Source: the human T2T-CHM13v2.0 reference genome, Homo sapiens. From it: a DNA stretch of 64,000 nucleotides. Of this stretch, positions 10,372 to 22,648 are shown one piece after another. The stretch lies in assembly GCF_009914755.1 (NCBI RefSeq), contig NC_060932.1, one strand, 5' to 3'. Every line of letters starts with the position of its first letter. Positions within the stretch are counted from its first letter, which is position 1. A model generated the notes under the pieces. The model did not search any database. It worked only from the letters and a program-made list of their open reading frames with translations, and was not told where the DNA came from. Made by a program: the position numbers and the translations under genes.

Positions 10372-13300
10372 ATGATGGCACGTCGGGACCCCACATCTTG
10401 GGCCAAGAGACTGGTGAGAGCCCAGACCCTCCAGAAGCAGCGGAGGGCCCCAGTTGGGCCAAGGGCTCCCCCGCCCGATGAAGAAGATCCCAGGGTAAGT
10501 CTAGCCCTGGATCTCTTGGGTATCGGGGTGGGGGTGGGGACGGGGGGAGGGGGTGTCCCACGGTCCTCAGAGACTGGGTTGGATTCCAAAGAGTTCTGTC
10601 ACCACCAGCCAGGTTGCTTTTCCCATCCAAGGTGGGCGTGCCTTGGGACCTTCTCCCCGGCCCGATAGGTCCCTTGAGAGACTCTTGGGGGCAACCTCCC
10701 TTTCTACTTAGAGTCCTGTGTAGCCACGTTTGGCTGCGTTGTTGACATCGGCTTCACCATCGTGCCCCTTGGAACCTTGAGTCCTTCCTTTCAGAGTTCC
10801 TCCGTCACACGGGCTTTGCGAGGGAACATCGTATCCGAACTCTCCCAGCACTTAACGGCCCCCATGCCGGTGTCCCCTCTTTGGAATCCTTATTCAGCTC
10901 TGAATTCACAATCCGTCCCAATGTTGACGTGGGATCGCTGCCTGTGGCTTCAGCTCACTCACTGACATCACTTCCTTTCCACCCACAGCTCAAGTGCAAA
11001 AACTGCGGGGCCTTTGGCCACACGGCCAGAAGTACCAGGTGCCCCATGAAGTGCTGGAAGGCAGCCCTGGTTCCAGCGACCTTGGGGAAAAAGGAAGGGA
11101 AGGAAAACCTGAAACCATGGAAGCCCCGGGTTGAAGCCAACCCGGGGCCCTTGAACAAGGATAAGGGAGAGAAGGAAGAGAGACCAAGGTGAGCAGTGGG
11201 AGGGGTTTTCACCACTCTTGGGGTACTGCCTCCTAAGGACATGGTGTCTCTGCACCTGCACACCGTGTGCCTTTCCGTCTCCGGGCCAGGGAAGGAACGC
11301 TGCAGAGAAATAGGCCGGAGCTCCGTGTCCTCCGGGGTTCCACACCCAGGAGCTCCTTGGGCTCTGGGAGATTCAGGGACGGGGAGAGGCGGGGGCGCTT
11401 CGTGCAGGTTCCCCGCCACAGCGGGAAAAGCGATGGAATCCAAATCACAGTCCTTAGTTGGGGAGCCTAGAGGGCCACCTGGAGGATGGGAAGGTTGGCA
11501 CGTGAGGGAAGGTGCAGAGGCGGAAAGGGCACCAGATGTCCATTTCTGTATCACAAGACACGGAATGGGGCTGGGCCCCAGACGGGGTTCTCCCTGTCTC
11601 CTGGGGAAAACCAGGGGGCACGGCCTGACCTTTTTCTGTTCTGCAGGCAACAAGACCCGCAGAGGAAGGCTCTCCTCCACATGTTTTCCGGGAAACCTCC
11701 AGAGAAGCCGCTGCCGAATGGAAAAGGATCCACGGAACCTTCTGATTATCTGAGGGCGAGTGTCACCCCGGGCCCCTGGTCTTTTTCTCCTCTAGGTCAC
11801 CCTGGTTGATTTCCTTTCAGCTTCCCGTCTGCGGGAGGAAATCGGGGAACCCCTCTTTCTTGCCTTCTTGGGGTCAGGGACTCCACGATCCTTCCAGGTC
11901 AATTGGATTCCAGGCGAAGGCATCTGAACATGCCGTATTTCCTGTTGCTTTCTTTCTGTCCAATTATGGCAAGCCTGCCAACAACACGTTCCTAGCGGCA
12001 TGAGGAAATTAGTCCCTCAGAGGCCCCAAACGTGGAGAAGGCGAAACCCAGGAACATGCATGTGTTCAGAGAAGACGTCCCGAGTACCCTTGAGCCAGCA
12101 ACCTGCCTTGGGAAGGGCATTAGTCCGTTCCACTTCATGGAAGGCTGAGTGGAGGCGCTTTGATCCAGTTAATGCCCAAGACGCGATCTTTTGAACAATG
12201 GTGTGCTTAGATCAGCTACACATAGCTCGAGAGCGCATCTTTCATGTGTCTTGTCCTGATCAGCACTCAGGTGGAGGGTCTGTCCCTACTTCCAAGGACC
12301 GCCTGTCGATACTGTACTAAGAATTTCATGGCGTGTGCACCTTGTCTTTGGATGTGCTTGATTTTCACGTTGGCTCCATGCTGAGGAACTTCTAACCTGT
12401 GTTGTTTCCTCTCTTTCAGGTTGCAAGCGGGCCAATGCCGGTCCACACAACCAGTAAGAGGCCGCGCGTGGACCCTGTCCTCGCTGATGGCTCAGCTACC
12501 GAAATGTCTGGCAGGGGCTCCGTCTTGGCTTCACTGTCTCCCCTCAGAAAAGCCAGCCTGAGCACCTCCTCAAGTCTTGGACCAAAGGAAAGACAGACAG
12601 GGGCTGCGGCCGACATGCCTCAGCCTGCAGTCAGGCACCAGGGCCGCGAGCCTCTCCTCGTGGTGAAGCCGACACACAGCAGCCCTGAGGGTGGCTGCCG
12701 AGAAGTTCCCCAGGCTGCCTCCAAAACCCACGGCCTGCTCCAGGCCGCCAGACCCCAGGCACAAGACAAACGTCCTGCGGTGACCTCACAGCCCTGCCCG
12801 CCAGCCGCCACACACAGCTTGGGCCTAGGCTCCAATCTCAGCTTCGGGCCAGGAGCCAAGAGACCTGCCCAGGCTCCGATTCAGGCTTGCCTGAACTTCC
12901 CCAAGAAACCGAGACTGGGTCCCTTCCAGATCCCCGAAAGCGCCATCCAGGGAGGTGAGCTGGGGGCCCCGGAGAATCTCCAACCTCCGCCAGCCGCAAC
13001 CGAACTTGGACCAAGTACGTCGCCCCAGATGGGCAGGAGGACACCGGCCCAGGTGCCCAGCGTCGAACGGCAGCCTCCGCACAGCACACCTTGCCTGCCT
13101 ACTGCCCAGGCCTGCACCATGTCCCATCACTCAGCGGCCAGCCATGATGGGGCCCAGCCTCTCAGAGTGCTCTTCCGGAGACTGGAAAACGGACGCTGGA
13201 GCTCCAGCCTCCTGGCGGCCCCCTCATTTCACTCTCCTGAGAAGCCGGGAGCCTTCCTCGCTCAGAGCCCTCATGTGTCAGAGAAGTCTGAGGCTCCCTG

Positions 13301-13382
13301 TGTTCGTGTCCCACCGAGCGTCCTCTATGAGGACCTTCAGGTTTCCTCCTCCTCAGAGGACAGCGATTCTGACCTGGAGTGA
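10372..13382 (+). CDS. FAM90A: FAM90A family protein, copy 2 (464 aa)
   Basis: Exons 10372-10494, 10989-11188, 11647-11755 and 12420-13382. Differs from copy 1 by K8T and two substitutions to Thr in the last exon. Confidence 0.93.
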
Positions 13383-13922
13383 GACTGCAGGTGGCAGGGG
13401 CTCCTTGGCCTCCAGCTCCCGTGACTTGGAGGGGACTGTGGGACTGAGGAGCGCAGAGCAGAGAGCAGACTCTGTGCGGTGACTCCGAAGCTCCCCGGCT
13501 GTGGCGCTTCTGTGGATGTGGGAGCCCAGGCCAGGCAGGGAGCAGATGCAGGGACTCTGCCTCATTGAATTCTGGTGAGGGACGTTGTAGTTGGCGTGGT
13601 TCTCCCGAAACGCGCCAGGAAAAGCTTCCGTGCCAGAGATTCGTTGCCTCAGAAACTGCGTGACGCGCAGGAGTCAGACTTCCGCTGGGACGTCAATAGG
13701 AAACTGGGGAATTACTGTGTATTTGCTCTCTAGATGACTGAATAAGGGAAAAGTTAGGGAACCCTGAGAGGTGCAGCCCTTCCGCTGTGCCCCGCCCTGA
13801 GAGCAGAGTTTCGGACGCTGGGAAGCGTGCTGTGCGAAGCGCTCTCGGGGTCTTTCCTCAGCCTCGAAAACTGGGCTCTGGAATGCCTTTGTACATATGT
13901 GTGTTTAATTGGTTTTGAAGTG

Positions 13923-13928
13923 AATAAA
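13923..13928 (+). terminator. AATAAA poly(A) signal of FAM90A copy 2
   Basis: Canonical hexamer ~540 nt after the stop codon, with a GT-rich downstream element. Confidence 0.75.
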
Positions 13929-13996
13929 ATTCTCAAAAAGATGACATATTGTCTTTTGACTCTCATTCCGTGTTTGTGTGTAACTGATTTTCCAAG

Positions 13997-15028
13997 TGAA
14001 GGGGTGGCCTGCCCCTCCACACCTGTGGGTGTTTCTAGTCGGGTGGGATGAGAGATGGAGAATAGAAATAAGACACAGAGACAAAGTATAGGGAGACAAC
14101 AGTGGGTCCAGGGGACCGGCACTCAGCACACCTAGGACCTGCACCGGCACCGGCCTCTGAGTTCCCTCAGTTTTTATTGATTATGATTATCATTATTACA
14201 GCACAAAGGAATGCAGTAGGGGAGCAGGGTGATAATAAGGGGAAGTTCAACAGCAACAACAAAAACAAACACGTGAGCAAAAGAATCCATATCATTATTA
14301 AGTTCAAGGGAAGGTACTATGCCTGGACGTGCACGTAGGCCAGATTTATGTTTCTCTCCACACAAATATCTCAGCGGAGTAAAGAATAACAAGGCAGCAT
14401 TACTGCCAACATGTCTCGCCTCCCGCCACAGGGCAGCTTTTCTCCGAGCTCAGAGTTGAACAAATGTACGATCGGGCTTTACACCGAGACATTCAGTTCC
14501 CAGGGGCAAGCAGGAGACAGTGGCCTTCCTCCATCTGAACTGCAAGAGGCTTTCCTCTTTGACTAATCCACCTCAGCACAGACCCATTGCGGGTGTCAGG
14601 CTGGGGGACAGTCAGGTCTTTCCCATCCCACGAGGCCATATTTCAGACGGTCACATGGGGAGAAACCTTGGACAATACCCTGCTTTCAAGGGCAGAGGTC
14701 CCTGTGGCTTTCCACGGTGCATTGCGCCCCTGGTTTATTGAGACTAGGGAATGGCAATGACTCCTACCAAGTATACTGCTCGTAAACATTTGGTTAACAA
14801 GGCGCGTCCTGCACAGCCCTAGATCCCTTAAACCTCGATTTTATACAACACAGGTTTTTGTGAGCTCCAAGTTGGGTCAAAGGAAGGGGCTGCGGCAAAG
14901 CTACAAATGATCAACATCTCAGCAAAGCAATTGTTTAAACTACAGGTCTTTTTCAAAATGGAGTCTCTTATGTCTTCCCCTTCTACATAGACACAGTGAC
15001 AGTCTGATCTCTCTTTCTTTACCCTACA
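13997..15028 (-). mobile_element. Solo HERV-K LTR5A-like LTR (array copy)
   Basis: Near-identical to 541-1572. TSD TCCAAG on both sides. Confidence 0.93.
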
Positions 15029-16752
15029 TCCAAGGGCTTGAACATTTCTTGACTTGTTGGCAATCCAAATCGTTACGTCTCCGAAACAGAGTTGACTGAG
15101 GGGACCGCAGGGCTGGGCAGGACCTTTGACTTGCTATACATCCACAGGAGCAAGAAAACCTCAGCCCCACTCTACCAACACGCACCTAGTAAAATTCCGC
15201 CAACGGCATCTCACGCACGCTAACACGTGGGGAGCGTTGCTTGCACCACGAGTCCCCATTTGGCTCAACCGCCGATGCCAAGTGTGTGGTTCCAGTTGCG
15301 ACGGCCCCCCGTGAAGTGGCTTCCGGATGTGCGAAGGAACCAGGCAGAGTTTCACTGGCCAAATAGACCCCAGCAAAGCTGAAGTTAACTCCCACATTTG
15401 GGATGTACTTCAGAGGTAAAACATTCATCCCGTCTTCTTTCCGGATGTCTGACACCATGGTTCTCCCCCTGATCCTAAGAGTAGCTGAGGTAGAGACTCA
15501 CTGAAAGATCTAGGCAGGGATATCCCATCATGCACAGGCTCTCTCCATTCTCTGACCTGGGAACAACTCTCAGCAGGATTCCACATCTAGGAGGCCTCGG
15601 AACTCAGTGGGATTTTCTGAGACACACCAACTGGCTGCTCCCTCTCCGCCGCTGTTGAGGGTCGTTATCTTGATTATCCAGATCACCTAGAAAGTATCCG
15701 TATCCAGAATGAATAAGATCAACTCTCTGCTCCTCTGACAGCAGAGGGAGCAGGACCATAAGGAACCAAAGAGCGTGGAAGGAAACGATGTGACAGGAAA
15801 GCTCAGAGAACGGCCACAGGGGGTCGTCAGCAGGCCTTCCAACCTGAATCATGAATAATTAATGAAGCGCAAATCAAAGGGGACTGGAGTTTCAGCAGGA
15901 GCAATTCATCCAACGGGAGATCGCCGGAGGGCCAACAAGATTGAGAGACTGGGAGCCGGGTGCAGTGTCAAAGGGGACGCGACTGGTTCCAAAGCTCGAG
16001 AAGACCATGGGGTCACTTGGGCTACATGAGAAAACGCCCCAGTGTGCTGGTTCATCATTCCGACTCCTGCCTGTCTCTTCCCGTCCAAGGAACATGGACC
16101 CTAAGTCGTGCAGGTGCGGATGACCATGGGCAGAATTAGGGGCCGTGGCACAAAAGTTCACCGACACGGGAGTTCCACAGAAGGTGCGGTGGATCTTCGC
16201 AAATCCAGAGACATGGCAATGGGACCCAGGGAATTAGAGCCTCACAGGCGTCCGGGAGTCGCAAGACGAGCTGAAAAAGGAGCCAGGCACTGAAGGACAA
16301 AGCGTTGTTGACTTTCCTCATCTGTGTTTCCCAGTGCGGCCCAATTCACGGTGGTTTCCAAGCGCCTCCTGGGGGAGAAAACACATGAGGGTGCGGTCAG
16401 GGTTCTCTGCTGACAGACTTACCTTGGGGAAGAAAGAGAAGCTCTGAAGATGGATCATGGCCGTGACTGCATGTCAAGGAGAGTCTCCTTGATGACACTG
16501 AGGCCTACGTCGAGAGAGACAAAATGTGGTCCAATTAAAAGGTGTCTATTTTACCACATTTTTTAAAACGAAACAAAACAAAACAACAAAAAAGATGGAA
16601 AAGAAGACAGGGGTACAGGCACCAGTGTTACATGTCTGACGGGGAACATCTATTGTTCAAAGCTTGCAGCTGTACAAGTAGGTTTTAGAATGTCTGTCAG
16701 CAGTGGACAGGATCTTAGAGTGGGCTGTGCAGATAGACCTTTCCAGGTCATG

Positions 16753-16842
16753 TAATTGGATTAAGTTAATTGCAATTAAGGTACAGGTAACTGATTAGGT
16801 TAGGGTACGTTCCATGTCAGGTGACCAGAGGCAGTATAAAAG
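16753..16842 (+). promoter_or_regulatory. Putative FAM90A promoter copy 3 (DUX4-like motifs plus TATA)
   Basis: Same motif block as 3321-3410 at offset 13432. Confidence 0.65.
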
Positions 16843-17993
16843 GCAGCCTGGAAAGTGGAGGTCCCTCTCCGCCCCTTCCTCCGTCGTTCTGGATGCTGCA
16901 TCGCTTCCAGCGGGGCTGCTGCAGCACCTGCCCATCTCAGCGCCAGCCTGGGAAAGAAAGTAGACGTGTAATTTCAGGTTAGTTTCGCTGAACAATTGTT
17001 TCTTTCACGCAATCCCTGAGGGGTATTTGCGGGGGGTGTGGGGGAGGAAGAGACAAAGGAGGCCGAAAGAAACCGATCACACTGGGGCTTGCTGGTGGGG
17101 TAGGATGTGTTCTCGTTACTAGTAATTCTTGGAACAGAAAACGAGAAAACATATCCGTCTCCACGTGTGGGAGAAGACCAAGATGGGAATGGGAAAAGAA
17201 ATGTACTGCAGCATGCTGAGTTGGTGGGTAAATGGAAAAAGGACTTTGGAAAAAAGGGTGGTTGGCCCTTGAGCCGTGTAAGACGTCGATACGATATGGC
17301 ACTTCTTCCCCGTTTGTTCAGATGAATTCGTGTGGTGTGCGTAAAATACCAGGAAAATAAATAAAGAGGGGCTGGAGCTAAAGCCAAAAGATAGAACAGG
17401 AAAGACCATCACCTGCTAGTGCGGTAGAGAGGAAGGTAACTTCTCTGTATGAATTTGTGTTTGGAAGTTGCCTAATGAAATGGCAAGAGTAGCGATTCAA
17501 GTTGTCACAGGAAGCATCCCTTATCCCTGACTTCAAGCAGACCTGCCAAAGGGTGGCACACGCCATGCCCTGTGTCTTCGATCATTCTGTCCGTCAAGGG
17601 AGATAGAATCACCGTGTCTTCTACCGGAGTGAATCGTGAGAGACCTAAGTCCAGTCTCCAGAATCAGTTGTTTGTTTGGGGTTGAAAGCTCAACCCCCCA
17701 TACCTAGGCCACGGGCCCTGTGGCAGGTGGGGTTTACTCTTGGACTAGGTAGTCATGGCAGAGGAACACACAATATCCGAGGATGCGCGCAGCACATTGT
17801 GTTCTACAGATTTGACCGACTGGTGGTGAGGTCTCCTCATGACCACACAGGCAGGGAGTTAGCAGGTGGCTTCCTGTGGGTGTGTGAATATCCAACGTGC
17901 TTAACCATCGACATGTGTGTGTTTGTGTGTGTTTCAGGTGGCCCAACAGTCCACCCCTGAAAAAGGCGGTCATAAAACCCCCAGGAGACGAAG

Positions 17994-20900
17994 ATGATGG
18001 CACGTCGGGACCCCACATCTTGGGCCAAGAGACTGGTGAGAGCCCAGACCCTCCAGAAGCAGCGGAGGGCCCCAGTTGGGCCAAGGGCTCCCCCGCCCGA
18101 TGAAGAAGATCCCAGGGTAAGTCTAGCCCTGGATCTCTTGGGTATCGGGGTGGGGGTGGGGACGGGGGGAGGGGGTGTCCCACGGTCCTCAGAGACTGGG
18201 TTGGATTCCAAAGAGTTCTGTCACCACCAGCCAGGTTGCTTTTCCCATCCAAGGTGGGCGTGGCTTGGGACCTTCTCCCCGGCCCGATAGGTCCCTTGAG
18301 AGACTCTTGGGGGCAACCTCCCTTTCTACTTAGAGTCCTGTGTAGCCACGTTTGGCTGCGTTGTTGACATCGGCTTCACCATCGTGCCCCTTGGAACCTT
18401 GAGTCCTTCCTTTCAGAGTTCCTCCGTCACACGGGCTTTGCGAGGGAACATCGTATCCCAACTCTCCCAGCACTTAACGGCCCCCATGCCGGTGTCCCCT
18501 CTTTGGAATCCTTATTCAGCTCTGAATTCACAATCCGTCCCAATGTTGACGTGGGATCGCTGCCTGTGGCTTCAGCTCACTCACTGACATCACTTCCTTT
18601 CCACCCACAGCTCAAGTGCAAAAACTGCGGGGCCTTTGGCCACACGGCCAGAAGTACCAGGTGCCCCATGAAGTGCTGGAAGGCAGCCCTGGTTCCAGCG
18701 ACCTTGGGGAAAAAGGAAGGGAAGGAAAACCTGAAACCATGGAAGCCCCGGGTTGAAGCCAACCCGGGGCCCTTGAACAAGGATAAGGGAGAGAAGGAAG
18801 AGAGACCAAGGTGAGCAGTGGGAGGGGTTTTCACCACTCTTGGGGTACTGCCTCCTAAGGACATGGTGTCTCTGCACCTGCACACCGTGTGCCTTTCCGT
18901 CTCCGGGCCAGGGAAGGAACGCTGCAGAGAAATAGGCCGGAGCTCCGTGTCCTCCGGGGTTCCACACCCAGGAGCTCCTTGGGCTCTGGGAGATTCAGGG
19001 ACGGGGAGAGGCGGGGGCGCTTCGTGCAGGTTCCCCGCCACAGCGGGAAAAGCGATGGAATCCAAATCACAGTCCTTAGTTGGGAAGCCTAGAGGGCCAC
19101 CTGGAGGATGGGAAGGTTGGCACGTGAGGGAAGGTGCAGAGGCGGAAAGGGCACCAGATGTCCATTTCTGTATCACAAGACACGGAATGGGGCTGGGCCC
19201 CAGACGGGGTTCTCCCTGTCTCCTGGGGAAAACCAGGGGGCACGGCCTGACCTTTTTCTGTTCTGCAGGCAACAAGACCCGCAGAGGAAGGCTCTCCTCC
19301 ACATGTTTTCCGGGAAACCTCCAGAGAAGCCGCTGCCGAATGGAAAAGGATCCACGGAACCTTCTGATTATCTGAGGGCGAGTGTCACCCCGGGCCCCTG
19401 GTCTTTTTCTCCTCTAGGTCACCCTGGTTGATTTCCTTTCAGCTTCCCGTCTGCGGGAGGAAATCGGGGAACCCCTCTTTCTTGCCTTCTTGGGGTCAGG
19501 GACTCCACGATCCTTCCAGGTCAATTGGATTCCAGGCGAAGGCATCTGAACATGCCGTATTTCCTGTTGCTTTCTTTCTGTCCAATTATGGCAAGCCTGC
19601 CAACAACACGTTCCTAGCGGCATGAGGAAATTAGTCCCTCAGAGGCCCCAAACGTGGAGAAGGCGAAACCCAGGAACATGCATGTGTTCAGAGAAGACGT
19701 CCCGAGTACCCTTGAGCCAGCAACCTGCCTTGGGAAGGGCATTAGTCCGTTCCACTTCATGGAAGGCTGAGTGGAGGCGCTTTGATCCAGTTAATGCCCA
19801 AGACGCGATCTTTTGAACAATGGTGTGCTTAGATGAGCTACACATAGCTCGAGAGCGCATCTTTCATGTGTCTTGTCCTGATCAGCACTCAGGTGGAGGG
19901 TCTGTCCCTACTTCCAAGGACCGCCTGTCGATACTGTACTAAGAATTTCATGGCGTGTGCACCTTGTCTTTGGATGTGCTTGATTTTCACGTTGGCTCCA
20001 TGCTGAGGAACTTCTAACCTGTGTTGTTTCCTCTCTTTCAGGTTGCAAGCGGGCCAATGCCGGTCCACACAACCAGTAAGAGGCCGCGCGTGGACCCTGT
20101 CCTCGCTGATGGCTCAGCTACCGAAATGTCTGGCAGGGGCTCCGTCTTGGCTTCACTGTCTCCCCTCAGAAAAGCCAGCCTGAGCTCCTCCTCAAGTCTT
20201 GGACCAAAGGAAAGACAGACAGGGGCTGCGGCCGACATGCCTCAGCCTGCAGTCAGGCACCAGGGCCGCGAGCCTCTCCTCGTGGTGAAGCCGACACACA
20301 GCAGCCCTGAGGGTGGCTGCCGAGAAGTTCCCCAGGCTGCCTCCAAAACCCACGGCCTGCTCCAGGCCGCCAGACCCCAGGCACAAGACAAACGTCCTGC
20401 GGTGACCTCACAGCCCTGCCCGCCAGCCGCCACACACAGCTTGGGCCTAGGCTCCAATCTCAGCTTCGGGCCAGGAGCCAAGAGACCTGCCCAGGCTCCG
20501 ATTCAGGCTTGCCTGAACTTCCCCAAGAAACCGAGACTGGGTCCCTTCCAGATCCCCGAAAGCGCCATCCAGGGAGGTGAGCTGGGGGCCCCGGAGAATC
20601 TCCAACCTCCGCCAGCCGCAACCGAACTTGGACCAAGTACGTCGCCCCAGATGGGCAGGAGGACACCGGCCCAGGTGCCCAGCGTCGAACGGCAGCCTCC
20701 GCACAGCAGACCTTGCCTGCCTACTGCCCAGGCCTGCACCATGTCCCATCACTCAGCGGCCAGCCATGATGGGGCCCAGCCTCTCAGAGTGCTCTTCCGG
20801 AGACTGGAAAACGGACGCTGGAGCTCCAGCCTCCTGGCGGCCCCCTCATTTCACTCTCCTGAGAAGCCGGGAGCCTTCCTCGCTCAGAGCCCTCATGTGT

Positions 20901-21004
20901 CAGAGAAGTCTGAGGCTCCCTGTGTTCGTGTCCCACCGAGCGTCCTCTATGAGGACCTTCAGGTTTCCTCCTCCTCAGAGGACAGCGATTCTGACCTGGA
21001 GTGA
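17994..21004 (+). CDS. FAM90A: FAM90A family protein, copy 3 (464 aa)
   Basis: Exons 17994-18116, 18611-18810, 19269-19377 and 20042-21004. Frame and splice sites intact. Confidence 0.93.
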
Positions 21005-21542
21005 GACTGCAGGTGGCAGGGGCTCCTTGGCCTCCAGCTCCCGTGACTTGGAGGGGACTGTGGGACTGAGGAGCGCAGAGCAGAGAGCACACTCTGCGCT
21101 GACTTCGATGCTCCCCGGCTGTGGCGCTTCTGTGGATGTGGGAGCCCAGGCCAGGCAGAGAACAGATGCAGGGACTCTGCCTCATTGAATTCTGGTGAGG
21201 GACATTGTATTTCGCATGGGTCTCCGGAAACGCACCAGGAAAAGCTTCCGCGTCAGTGATTCTTTGCGTCAGAAACTGCGTGATGCGCTGGAGTCAGACT
21301 TCCGCTGGGACGTCAATAGGAAACTGGGGAATTACTGTGTATTTGCTCTCTAGATGACTGAATAAGGGAAAAGTTAGGGAACCCTGAGAGGTGCAGCCCT
21401 TCCTCTGTGCTCCGCCCTGAGAGCAGTGTTTCGGACGCTGGGAAGCGTGCTGTGCAAAGTGCTCTCGGGGTCTTTCCTCAGCCTCGAAAACTGGGCTCTG
21501 GAATGCCTTTGTAAATATGTGTGTTGAATTTGTTTTGAAGTG

Positions 21543-21548
21543 AATAAA
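21543..21548 (+). terminator. AATAAA poly(A) signal of FAM90A copy 3
   Basis: Same position as in the other units. Confidence 0.72.
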
Positions 21549-21616
21549 ATTCTCAAAAAGATGACATATTGTCTTTTGACTCTCATTCCGTGTTTGTGTT
21601 TAACTGATTTTCCAAG

Positions 21617-22648
21617 TGAAGGGGTGGCCTGCCCCTCCACACCTGTGGGTGTTTCTAGTCGGGTGGGATGAGAGACGGAGAAAAGAAATAAGACACAGAG
21701 ACAAAGTATAGGGAGACAAAAGTGGGTCCAGGGGACCGGCACTCAGCACACCTAGGACCTGCACCGGCACCGGCCTCTGAGTTCCCTCATTTTTAATTGA
21801 TTATGATTTTCATTATTTCAGCAAAAAGGAATGTAGTAGGAGAGCAGGGTGATAATAAAGAGAAGGTCAACCAAAAAAACATGTGAGCAAAGCAATCTAT
21901 ATCATAATTAAGTTCAAGGGAAGGTACTATGCCTGGACGTGCACGTAGGCCAGATTTATGTTTCTCTCCACACAAACATCTCAGCGGAGTAAAGAATAAC
22001 AAGGCAGCATTACTGCCAACATGTCTCGCCTCGCGCCACAGGGCAGCTTTTCTCCTAGCTCAGAGTTGAACAAATGTACGATCGGATTTTACACCGAGAC
22101 ATTCAGCTCCCAGGGGCGAGCAGGAGACAGTGGCCTTCCTCCATCTCAACTACAAGAGGCTTTCCTCTTTGACTAATCCACCTCAGCACAGACGCTTTAC
22201 CGGTGTCAGGCTAGGGGACAGTCAGGTCTTTTTTATCCCACAAGGCCATATTTCAGAGTATCGCATCGAGAGAAACCTTGGACAATGCCCTACTTTCAAG
22301 GGCAGACGTCCCTGCAGCTTTCCACGGTGCATTGTGCCCCTGGTTTATTGAGACTAGAGAATGGCCACGACTTTTACCAAGTATACGGCTTGTAAACATT
22401 TGGTTAACAAGGCACGTCCTGCACAGCCCTAGATCCCTTAAGCCTTGATTTTATACAACACAGGTTTTTGTGAGCTCCAAGTTGGGTCAAAGCGGCTGGG
22501 GCAAAGTGCCTGGGGCAAAGCTACAAATGAACAACATCTCAGCAAAGCAATTGTTTAAAGTACAGGTCTTTTCCAAAATGGAGTCTCTTATGTCTTCCCT
22601 TTCGACATAGACACAGTGACAGTCTGATCTCTCTTTCTTTTCCCTACA
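21617..22648 (-). mobile_element. Solo HERV-K LTR5A-like LTR (diverged terminal copy)
   Basis: Same termini and TCCAAG TSD as the other two copies, so the same ancestral insertion. It carries many more substitutions and indels than those copies. Confidence 0.92.
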
